Shown piece by piece: positions 20,046 to 28,019 of a stretch of 36,520 bases of DNA; the first letter of the stretch is position 1; each line of letters begins with the position of its first letter. The translations under genes and the position numbers were made by a program. Source of the DNA: a virus. Taxonomy: Duplodnaviria > Caudoviricetes. The stretch is from positions 1 through 36,520 of the IMG/VR virus record IMGVR_UViG_3300025099_004014; one strand, written 5' to 3'. The notes below the pieces were generated by a model. That model saw only the letters and a list, made by a program, of their open reading frames with translations. It was not told the DNA's origin and did no database searches.

Positions 20046-21262
20046 GCGGGAAGCTTTCCGCATAAGAAATCAAAATTCCACAACATTGAATATAATACCT
20101 CGTCTGAGATTAGTTTCTCTTTATAAGCTCCTGATTTGTGTTTAAGAGAAGATGGGTCTGCCTCTAATTTGGAGGATAATATAACGGACTCTCCATGATA
20201 TAAATGAACATCCTTGCCCAATATTGTAACCTTATTAAAGGTTTCCCAAAACCTTAAACAGAGATCAATATCTTGCATAGAACATGATAAACTTGGACAA
20301 AATCCGCCTAACTCGACAAAGGTAGGGAGGTCAACGATTTGAAATGCCCCTGTTACAAATCGGGTTTCTCGGTCCATATTCACAGATTTATCTGACTTGT
20401 TGAGGAATCTACCGAAGTGATAAGGGGAACCACAAATAGGATGGGCATTGTCAAAGTATTCTGGTAGAACCCTAAAAGAACCTCCGCCAAATTGAACTTT
20501 TCCAAATGGTTCCATTTGCTTTATGTCTTCTATGTTGATGCGGAAGTCTTGTGCCATTTCCCGATAAGTTCTATCGGCATCTAATAAATCACAAAAACCC
20601 AGCGAAGGATATAATAATTTAGCTCCACAAAGTCGGGTACCCGATTCCTTGTATTGGTAGTATTTTTCTATAAGCTCTGGGAAAGATTTAGTGTCAGGGG
20701 TCCACAAATCAGCATTCCAGAATACCACCTCTGTGAAGTTTAATTTATTGTAGAGATATGCCCCGATATTATTGAGCATAGAAAAATTAAAATAGGGCGT
20801 ATCATAATCTACCCGCACATAAATAGCTCCATATTTCTGGCACAGTTCTTTAATAGAGACCGGGTCGTCGGACCTATCGTCTATAACTGTAACATTAGCT
20901 ATGGACATTACCTCATTATGAGACAGATTCTCTAGTGTAAAATTCAGAAGCTCCTTGTTATCTTTGATTGGTAACAAGAGAGGAATCTTTTCTTGATCAA
21001 TCTTCTGAAGATCTGCGAAGGTTACATCATAATCTACAGAGGAACATATGAAAGGGTAATTGGATATCTCCAAAGTTTTAAGTATTTGCATATAATCCCT
21101 GTGAAAAGGATATCGATGCGCTTGGGACTTATCTATAGAGAGTTCGTCCTGTGTCAATCTGGTTGTATATTCGTTACTTTCCGTGATCTGTTCTTCAGTC
21201 GTTGTATCACTAAAGATGTTACAACTCAAGTATTTGGCTGTTCCCGGTTTCTGCCTCAGCAT
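20042..21262 (-). CDS. Glycosyltransferase family 2-like (GT-A fold)
   Basis: VIDDRSDD, FNFSMLNNIG, FWNAD, GAKLLYP, VTGAFQ and QDIDLCLR motifs. Confidence 0.82.
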   Translation of the reverse strand: MLRQKPGTAKYLSCNIFSDTTTEEQITESNEYTTRLTQDELSIDKSQAHRYPFHRDYMQILKTLEISNYPFICSSVDYDVTFADLQKIDQEKIPLLLPIKDNKELLNFTLENLSHNEVMSIANVTVIDDRSDDPVSIKELCQKYGAIYVRVDYDTPYFNFSMLNNIGAYLYNKLNFTEVVFWNADLWTPDTKSFPELIEKYYQYKESGTRLCGAKLLYPSLGFCDLLDADRTYREMAQDFRINIEDIKQMEPFGKVQFGGGSFRVLPEYFDNAHPICGSPYHFGRFLNKSDKSVNMDRETRFVTGAFQIVDLPTFVELGGFCPSLSCSMQDIDLCLRFWETFNKVTILGKDVHLYHGESVILSSKLEADPSSLKHKSGAYKEKLISDEVLYSMLWNFDFLCGKLPA

Positions 21263-22514
21263 CGCTACCCCCTGTTTGTGAAAAAATAGAATCCATTACA
21301 TCCCAATATTTTTTATAAATATTTTCCTTGCAAAAAGTAGAGCGTGTAATTTCACCCAAGACTAATGCCTTCTCTTGATGCTCGGAGGGTCTGTCAGCCA
21401 ATATCCTTATGTTCTTCTTGAAAGACTCTTCGTCTGGATAACACCATTCACTTCCCTCGGTTATCAAACCTGGCATCAGGTGATGTTGTTGGACTGGCTC
21501 TACCTTATATTTAGTTTTCAAAAACATGCTCTGAATTTTTGCTTTCCCAGATTTAGGGTTTTTTATGGAGGCTCGTAAGTAGTCTAAATGACCAGACCAT
21601 GCCGGGGCAACTACAGGGATATTTGAACATACAGCATTAAATGTTGGGATACCAAATCCTTCGCCGTGAGTAGTTGTTATATAGCCACGGATTTTTTCAG
21701 GGTCATATAGTCCATGCATTTCTTTCTCTGTCATATTGCCGTGCAAGAGATAGACTTTACATTTTTTATTTCCTTTCCCTCGGTGCATCTCAAGGAACGA
21801 CTTGATCTGATTCTTCGTGTAGTCATGGTCAGGAATACTGTTATTGCGTAAGTGAGTTTTTAGGATTAAGCCAACATCTTCATTATCATGAAATTCGTCT
21901 GTGAACCAATCAATTAAATTCAAAAGATTCTTACGAGGCGCAAGCTGAGAAACACACAAGAAATTAGTACTTGTGCTAATTGTTTCATAACCTGAGAAAG
22001 TTTCTCTTTTGTCAAGATCTTCTAGGTTATTATAAAAAGGTATAACCTGAATCTCAGTGGTTATAGAGTTGCCGCTTTCATCCTTGGCATTTTGGAGATT
22101 CTTTTTAGCGTGCTCCGAAACCACAAGTATTTTTTGTAATTCATTGCACTTAGGAACCCAGTCGCTTGGAGCAGACACTGTTTCTAACGCTGCGGTAACC
22201 CCAATATCATAGTGAGTTATCCTAGAGAATTCATTAGGTGCCCTTACTTGATAACTACAATCGAAACCCTCATGGAATGGCTGTCCTGTCTGTTTCAGGA
22301 AAGTTAAATATTGAGCAGTCTCTCTGATCATCGCTCCGTATTTCTTATAATATTTATTATCCCTTGAAGCTTCTGCCCACTGTAGGTCTAGTAAATAAAA
22401 TTTATGTCCGCTGTTCTGAGCGATCAAGGCGTCAGCAAGGAGCCGGGCATGATCACTGTATCCACTAATATTACAAAAAGCGCCGACGATTAATACTCTC
22501 TTTTGCTCAGTCAT
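21219..22514 (-). CDS. Glycosyltransferase family 4-like (GT-B fold)
   Basis: SGYSDHAR, PRKNL and HGEGFGIPTFNA motifs. Confidence 0.85.
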   Translation of the reverse strand: MTEQKRVLIVGAFCNISGYSDHARLLADALIAQNSGHKFYLLDLQWAEASRDNKYYKKYGAMIRETAQYLTFLKQTGQPFHEGFDCSYQVRAPNEFSRITHYDIGVTAALETVSAPSDWVPKCNELQKILVVSEHAKKNLQNAKDESGNSITTEIQVIPFYNNLEDLDKRETFSGYETISTSTNFLCVSQLAPRKNLLNLIDWFTDEFHDNEDVGLILKTHLRNNSIPDHDYTKNQIKSFLEMHRGKGNKKCKVYLLHGNMTEKEMHGLYDPEKIRGYITTTHGEGFGIPTFNAVCSNIPVVAPAWSGHLDYLRASIKNPKSGKAKIQSMFLKTKYKVEPVQQHHLMPGLITEGSEWCYPDEESFKKNIRILADRPSEHQEKALVLGEITRSTFCKENIYKKYWDVMDSIFSQTGGSDAEAETGNSQILEL

Positions 22515-23764
22515 ATCTCTTCTAGCCTCCAGGGTGTATAATGTTTCCTATCTTCCCATGAGCCAAATTTCTCATGAACCTCAGTCATCAAGTTTACCCA
22601 TGATTGTTTAAAATCTTTGAAATTATAGTTCTTCTCAATATGTTGGCGTCCTAGTTTTCCTAGGTTTTCTCTTTCCTCATTTGACATCCCGTATATTTTA
22701 TTCATAGCTGCGATAAAATCTTCTTCGGAGATACGATCTTCATAAATATAAGGTACCGCCTGAGATCCTATAATCGCTTTGGAAGCGGGCTCAATACCCA
22801 CCCCAAACCAGTTTTCACCGTCGGTGACCTGTTCCTGTAATCCGCCGGTCATATTTACGATAATAGGAGTTTCACAAGACAGAGACTCCAAAGTAGCTAA
22901 TCCAAAACCCTCAGCATCAGAGATATTGATGGTACAATCAGCTAAACCGTACATAAGGGCTAAATCTTCGGCTGGGATTCCTCCTTTGGAAAACATTATT
23001 TCCGAGTTGATAAGTCCTATTTCTGTAGCGATGTGTTCAAGCGGCTGACCATTTGGATCTGTGGGATCTGTGTGCATCAAAAGTGCAACCTTAGTGCGAT
23101 CAACATGGTCCTGTTCTAGAAAATTCTTATACCAGTGAACTAAAGTTCCGCTTTGCTTACGGCGGGCATTTCTATTATTCCAGAAAAATACTATTTTACC
23201 TTCAAGTCCGGGGTTATTTTTTCTAACCTCTTCTAGTTTGGTTGGGGATGCTTTCTTGAATATTTCCATCGGGACGGCGTGGGGAATGTATTTCTCATCT
23301 ACATCCGGGGCAACAGTCTGAACGATATCGCTGGTGACTTTTGAGATTGATGCTATACAGTCATTGGAATCATACCATTTTTTATTGTACAAGGGATAGG
23401 GATAATTGTCCCAAACATGATAATATACCATAGGTACCATTTGTCGGATATCATCTTCTACTTGCCACAACCACTCATAATACCGAGGATCTGTCATGAA
23501 ATAGAGAATATCTGCCTTGAACTCTCTCAAGATAGCCAGTACCTTTGCCTTATCTCCATAGCCGTCTACCGGCAAGATACGCCAATTGTCGGAGACCTTC
23601 ATTAGGTTATAGTTCGGGTGCTTCATCGCACCACCTAAAGAAAACACTTCAAATTTGCCGGTTTCTAAAAGTGCCTCAATCACATATTTAGTCTGAGTAC
23701 CAACACCAGAGGGTAACATTGGGTGGTCACTAATTGTAAGTACTTTTATTTTTTTATCTGACAT
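22511..23764 (-). CDS. Glycosyltransferase family 4 (GT-B fold)
   Basis: SGVGTQ, NRNARRKQ and AEGFGLATLESLSC (E-x7-E) motifs. Likely start MSDKKIKV at 23764 after a GGGAAG SD-like site. Confidence 0.88.
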   Translation of the reverse strand: MSDKKIKVLTISDHPMLPSGVGTQTKYVIEALLETGKFEVFSLGGAMKHPNYNLMKVSDNWRILPVDGYGDKAKVLAILREFKADILYFMTDPRYYEWLWQVEDDIRQMVPMVYYHVWDNYPYPLYNKKWYDSNDCIASISKVTSDIVQTVAPDVDEKYIPHAVPMEIFKKASPTKLEEVRKNNPGLEGKIVFFWNNRNARRKQSGTLVHWYKNFLEQDHVDRTKVALLMHTDPTDPNGQPLEHIATEIGLINSEIMFSKGGIPAEDLALMYGLADCTINISDAEGFGLATLESLSCETPIIVNMTGGLQEQVTDGENWFGVGIEPASKAIIGSQAVPYIYEDRISEEDFIAAMNKIYGMSNEERENLGKLGRQHIEKNYNFKDFKQSWVNLMTEVHEKFGSWEDRKHYTPWRLEEI

Positions 23765-23775
23765 TGATATCTTCC

Positions 23776-24615
23776 CTAGAGACAATACTCTGTTTGGTAA
23801 AATTCACATGTTCCGAATCGGTCCTTGCAATTTGTGCAAGCGTTTCGATTCTTTATGTGATTTTCTTTAGTAATATTATGCAATGCTTTTGTCAAGGCGT
23901 TAAGAGCATCTGTTGTTCTTTTTTTAGCGGCGGTCACTCGGACAAATTCTGCCTTTTTACCAACCTTGGCTGTTCTTTTCAGCAAAACAAAATGACAGTC
24001 AACATCTTTTGGGTCTATTTCATATTTCTGAGCATAGAAATGTTTGTAAAACACCAACTGGTAAGCGAGGATTTTGTCGCTCTTCTTTTCACGCTTCCAG
24101 CCCCACGAACAGGTCTTCCAATCAATCAAGTGGATTTTCTCATCCTTCTTGGAGTAGACTACAAGGTCAATAAAACCTTTGAAGTTTTTTTCTGCTTCCG
24201 TGAATTCTGTGATAGGGACATAGAGTTGTTCTTCTGCCTTGAGCACTTCCCAGTCCTCGCCTAGTTTGCCGAATTTGTCGGCTAGGCATCGGTAAAGGTC
24301 AGGAACAATATCCAGCCCATTTACAAGCCACTCTTTGAGTTTGAAGTCACGCTTTGCTCTCTGTTGTTCACTCTCGGGTAGAGCCTTGAGTTCCTTTATG
24401 AATTGCTCTTTAACTAGCGTATCAATAGCGCCGGCTTCCCTGTACTTTTCGGGGGAAGTCAAAGTAAATTCACAAACAGTGTGAAGAGCCTTCCCAAAAG
24501 CAGTGAAAATATTGCCCTCGAACTGAGTGACCTTGTCAATGTAGGTGAGTTTGTGATAGTGGGGACAGATGTGCCAGTTCCGCCACTCGGAATAGGAGAT
24601 GTGTTTGCCAGCCAA
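23776..24615 (-). CDS. PD-(D/E)XK nuclease, Cas4/AddB/RecB-like with putative Fe-S cysteines
   Basis: ISYS...CP, FGKALH, E...GFIDL...IDWKT, YQLVFY, and C-terminal CTNC...C...C. TTG start. Confidence 0.88.
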   Translation of the reverse strand: MAGKHISYSEWRNWHICPHYHKLTYIDKVTQFEGNIFTAFGKALHTVCEFTLTSPEKYREAGAIDTLVKEQFIKELKALPESEQQRAKRDFKLKEWLVNGLDIVPDLYRCLADKFGKLGEDWEVLKAEEQLYVPITEFTEAEKNFKGFIDLVVYSKKDEKIHLIDWKTCSWGWKREKKSDKILAYQLVFYKHFYAQKYEIDPKDVDCHFVLLKRTAKVGKKAEFVRVTAAKKRTTDALNALTKALHNITKENHIKNRNACTNCKDRFGTCEFYQTEYCL

Positions 24616-24637
24616 TGTAACCTGCTTTCTTTTGTCT

Positions 24638-24666
24638 ATTTTATACTAAATTATGGAGAGTGTCTA
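24638..24666 (-). promoter_or_regulatory. Sigma70-type promoter for the nuclease-glycosyltransferase operon
   Basis: TAGACA (24666-24661), 17 nt, TAAAAT (24643-24638), ending 22 nt upstream of the start codon. Confidence 0.55.
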
Positions 24667-25303
24667 TCTTTTTATATAAAACAGGACTAACTTTATGAAG
24701 AGACTTTTTATTACCACAGTAATAAGCTTCAAAGCCGGTAGCGAAATACTCTCTCAAGGATACCGAGGCATATGGTCTAATATAAATACCGGCTGTCACC
24801 ATGCGCAGCATCGTTTTACCTAATCGTTTATACAAAAAGTTATCGAGTTTATTATTATACTCTAATTCTTGAAAGTCGTATTCGGTCACCCAATATCCTT
24901 CGGATTGGATTTCAGACTTTAGTTGTTTTCTTTTGTGTAAAAACTCTTCGGCAACTGCGGTATCTTCGTAAATCTCGGAAGGATATAACTCTTCAACATG
25001 GTGCCCTAATTCATGGCATATATCGTTAATAAGGTCATTATTGCTTTCTTGATCATTAGAAATGTGAAGAATTCCGTCTTTATAAAAAGCAGACGCATTT
25101 CTATCCTCAAAAAAATCTAGATACTTGATTTTTACCCCAGTTAATTTCCGGAAAAAGTGAGGAGGCAGTCTGGTTTCGATAGCTTGAAATACAGCGTCCA
25201 TGTTGACATTGTCAGGCAGATCATCGCTTTGAACTACATCAATGCCCCCAAATCGAAAATATCGAGGGGTATTCTTTACTTTCTCTGAAATATAATCCAT
25301 CAT
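24641..25303 (-). CDS. Putative zinc metallopeptidase (HExxH, gluzincin-like)
   Basis: ICHELGHH plus downstream YASVSLREYFATGFEAY (third-ligand Glu), as in anthrax-LF/MtfA-like zincins. Confidence 0.7.
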   Translation of the reverse strand: MMDYISEKVKNTPRYFRFGGIDVVQSDDLPDNVNMDAVFQAIETRLPPHFFRKLTGVKIKYLDFFEDRNASAFYKDGILHISNDQESNNDLINDICHELGHHVEELYPSEIYEDTAVAEEFLHKRKQLKSEIQSEGYWVTEYDFQELEYNNKLDNFLYKRLGKTMLRMVTAGIYIRPYASVSLREYFATGFEAYYCGNKKSLHKVSPVLYKKIDTLHNLV

Positions 25304-26604
25304 AAGATTTCCGATGCTAAAGTTGCTAACTTTGATCTCTCCCCCTTGATAAGAGTAATATGACCCGCTAATTCATGTGTCTTGAACTTTTCAACAGCGT
25401 GTGTTAAACCGTTCGAGACCGAGTCCACATAAGAATTGTCAATCTGTTGAATATCACCAGTCAAGACGAGCTTGGTTCCGTGCCCAACTCTAGTTATTAT
25501 AGTCTTTAATTCGTGGGCTGTTAAATTCTGTGCCTCATCTACTATCATAAAAGCATTAGAAATCGAGCGACCTCTAATGTAGGTCATAGCCTCTATTTCA
25601 ATTGATCCTTGTTCTATATGCATATCCAATGCCCCACGGTCACCAAATAACTGTTCGAGGTTATCTCTAATAGGAGCAATCCATGGCATCATCTTTTCTT
25701 CAAGGGTACCAGGCAGGAAACCGATATCCCTTCCCATAGGTTGAACAGGTCGAGTAATAATAAGTTTATCATACCCACCTTTAGAGCTTGTCGTATTAAA
25801 GACCTGTTCCAGACCGCAAGCCGTGGCTAAGAGCGTCTTTCCAGTGCCAGCGGGACCAGTCAGGGAAATAATTTCCACTCCCCTGTCGAAAAGAAGATCC
25901 ATTGCATATTGCTGTTCTTTGTTGTTGGCTTTTAGTCCCCATATATTTTTATATTTGTTTATTTTCTGCAAAGGAGACTGATAGTTTATGAACCTACAGA
26001 TTGCTGATTTATTGCTGTCTCCACTCTTCAATAGTAGATACTGATTAGGATAAAGATTATGCTCTCCCTCAGGCAGATAAGATGGTTCGCCACTATAAAA
26101 CTTATCAATCATACTGAAATCACATTCAATTGTTTGGGTGCCGTCAAACAGATTCTCGACTGAGCTAATTACCTTTTGTGGTTGGTAATCATGGCATTCT
26201 ATCCCGTGAGCGTCACATTTGACTCGCATATTTAAATCACGGGAAACTACTGCTATTGTATGCCCCTCTTCAATAAGCCGGAGAGCAATAGCAATTATTT
26301 TATTATCGGAATCATCCTCTTTCATCCCAGGTGGCATGTAGTTCTCATCAAAGTGAGCAGCAAAAATGTTGCCCCGTCGATCCCCCAGGGAGACACCATC
26401 CATTAAACTCCCCGCACTGCGCAAAGAATCGAGCACTCTATTCATAGTCCGAGCATTTAATCCTGCGGTGTCTTGTCTGTGTTTATGTTTATCTATCTCA
26501 TCTAGAACGATTGTTGGCACTGCAATATCATCCGTCCCGAATGCTAATATGGAACCTGCCTCAGTGAGGTATACATTTGTATCTAAGATAATAGTTTTTT
26601 TCAT
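25300..26604 (-). CDS. phoH: PIN-domain PhoH-family ATPase (PhoH2/YlaK type)
   Basis: N-terminal PIN (ILDTNV, ELD-like EID, DNKII, SRDLNMR). C-terminal GPAGTGKT, GRDIGFLPG, YIRGRS, VDEAQN and TGDIQQID. Confidence 0.93.
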   Translation of the reverse strand: MKKTIILDTNVYLTEAGSILAFGTDDIAVPTIVLDEIDKHKHRQDTAGLNARTMNRVLDSLRSAGSLMDGVSLGDRRGNIFAAHFDENYMPPGMKEDDSDNKIIAIALRLIEEGHTIAVVSRDLNMRVKCDAHGIECHDYQPQKVISSVENLFDGTQTIECDFSMIDKFYSGEPSYLPEGEHNLYPNQYLLLKSGDSNKSAICRFINYQSPLQKINKYKNIWGLKANNKEQQYAMDLLFDRGVEIISLTGPAGTGKTLLATACGLEQVFNTTSSKGGYDKLIITRPVQPMGRDIGFLPGTLEEKMMPWIAPIRDNLEQLFGDRGALDMHIEQGSIEIEAMTYIRGRSISNAFMIVDEAQNLTAHELKTIITRVGHGTKLVLTGDIQQIDNSYVDSVSNGLTHAVEKFKTHELAGHITLIKGERSKLATLASEIL

Positions 26605-26664
26605 CAATTTCCCCGAAAAACATGGGTTTATATAACTAGTTCCAAAAGCATAGTTAAAGGTAAT

Positions 26665-26686
26665 AAAAAAGCCGCCCGAAGGCGGC
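26665..26686 (-). terminator. Rho-independent terminator directly after the tmRNA
   Basis: GCCGCC-TTCG-GGCGGC-TTTTTT (C-UUCG-G tetraloop), starting immediately after the CCA. Confidence 0.9.
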
Positions 26687-27009
26687 TGGTGGAGGTGGGG
26701 AGATTCGAACTCCCGTCTTGTTCGTATCTATATCAAGGTCATTCACAAGGTTGTCTTTACATTTATCGTCAGTAAAGATCTAGACTAGGTCGTTCATTTG
26801 CGGCATAAACAATCAAAAGCTCTTACTCAACATACTACGACTTTCTGTTTTTTGGTTGTCGTCACCTCAAGCGTAGCCAGGTTTTTAAGCTGCTAGTGCT
26901 AGTTCTGCGTTGTTGTTTGCAGTTATAGTTTTAAGCGTTTTTAGTGAGCCACGCTTCCCTCACCCTTGCACCTTTTCAATTTCTCCGTCAGTCGATTCCA
27001 GTCACCCCC
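26687..27009 (-). ncRNA. ssrA: tmRNA (transfer-messenger RNA), 323 nt, tag peptide (A)ANNNAELALAA
   Basis: 5' GGGGGTG pairs with 3' CACCTCC-ACCA, including the G3:U wobble (Ala identity). T-arm GGGAG-TTCGAAT-CTCCC. PK1 stems GTGAG/CTCAC and AAGCGT/ACGCTT. ATAACT-GCA resume context. Tag ORF 26920-26885 ends ...GCA GCT TAA. Confidence 0.96.
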
Positions 27010-27018
27010 ATTGGTTAT

Positions 27019-27047
27019 ATTATGTACCTAAGATAACTATTTGTCAA
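27019..27047 (-). promoter_or_regulatory. Sigma70-type promoter of the tmRNA
   Basis: TTGACA (27047-27042), 17 nt, CATAAT (27024-27019), 9 nt before the mature 5' end. The spacer also contains ATAGTTA, the putative late motif. Confidence 0.8.
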
Positions 27048-27173
27048 GTTATTTACTCTTCTAAATATGCTGGTTAGTTGTTAATAGCAGTTAAAGAGCT
27101 AAAGCAAGAAGATTAGTTAAAAGTAAGAATAATAGATTAAAGCTTTAAAGCTGTTTATTAAGCAGGCAAGCTG

Positions 27174-27201
27174 ATTATACTGGAGTTACAAACAGTGTTA
27201 A
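27174..27201 (-). promoter_or_regulatory. Second sigma70-like promoter reading into the AT-rich spacer
   Basis: TTAACA (27201-27196), 16 nt, TATAAT (27179-27174). Confidence 0.5.
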
Positions 27202-27214
27202 GGGCTGAGTGGAA

Positions 27215-27997
27215 TTAAATATCTAACTCTAACTCTTCTTCTTCCTCTTCTTCGCTTGAAGTTATTGATTCGGCTTCGCCTTCTGAGCTATTTTTTTCTT
27301 CTTCATATTCCGGAGTAGTTACATCTGGAAGTTCATTTGCCAACTGATCTTCGAATTTATCAAAATAGAGAAGCATGTTAGTAATCAAGTAATCATAGAA
27401 CAAATCCTGATCTTGATCATCTGCCAACATGTCGTAAGCGTCAACAATTTGTTTCTCTACAGCCTTAAAAGTCTCAGCAGCGAAATTACGACCGGTCTCA
27501 TTTTGGTCATCTATTTGAATAAACTGATCTTCAGAATCATCTTGATCAATATCGATAAATTCCCCGTCAAGGTCTTCTGGCTCATCTTCTATTACATCAA
27601 GGGTGACTTTTTCTAACAAGTCCCGAGGATCATACTCAAATACTGTATTTTCGTCCATATCATCAGTAGCAGAAGTCACTTCTATTGGTCGAAGTGTATT
27701 CTTTATCGCATGAACAATATGATTACGAAAGGATTCACGCTGCTCCTCTGAAGTCGTCAGCATCTTGTAATCATCTTCTATAGTGGGAATAATATTTTTC
27801 AAGAGGTCAGCTAAAACATTAATACCAGTATATGTGCTGGGCTCTTCCGTTCCTGTTTCGGCTTCTTTTATAATTTCTCTAATCGCTTCTCTAAGTAAAG
27901 ACTCCACCTTGCTGGCGGAATCAAGTTTTTTGCTAATCCTCGAACGAATGTGTTCCCGGATTAGTTCTTCAGCAATTAGTGTATCTCGGTTAATCAT
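27215..27997 (-). CDS. Highly acidic hypothetical protein with poly-Glu C-terminus
   Basis: Start re-assigned to MINRDTL at 27997 (GGGAG SD, no overlap with the upstream gene). 260 aa, very D/E rich, with LREAIREIIKE motif. Confidence 0.78.
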   Translation of the reverse strand: MINRDTLIAEELIREHIRSRISKKLDSASKVESLLREAIREIIKEAETGTEEPSTYTGINVLADLLKNIIPTIEDDYKMLTTSEEQRESFRNHIVHAIKNTLRPIEVTSATDDMDENTVFEYDPRDLLEKVTLDVIEDEPEDLDGEFIDIDQDDSEDQFIQIDDQNETGRNFAAETFKAVEKQIVDAYDMLADDQDQDLFYDYLITNMLLYFDKFEDQLANELPDVTTPEYEEEKNSSEGEAESITSSEEEEEEELELDI

Positions 27998-28019
27998 GAT
28001 AGCTCCCACTAAAATATAA

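Noticed and set aside
23776-24615. CRISPR-Cas locus suggested by the Cas4-like gene
   Set aside because: No repeat-spacer array or other cas genes seen; stand-alone Cas4-like nucleases are common in phages.
26687-26720. tRNA gene (TTCGAAT T-loop and CCA)
   Set aside because: The matching 5' acceptor strand lies 323 nt away with a tag ORF in between, so it is the tmRNA 3' end.
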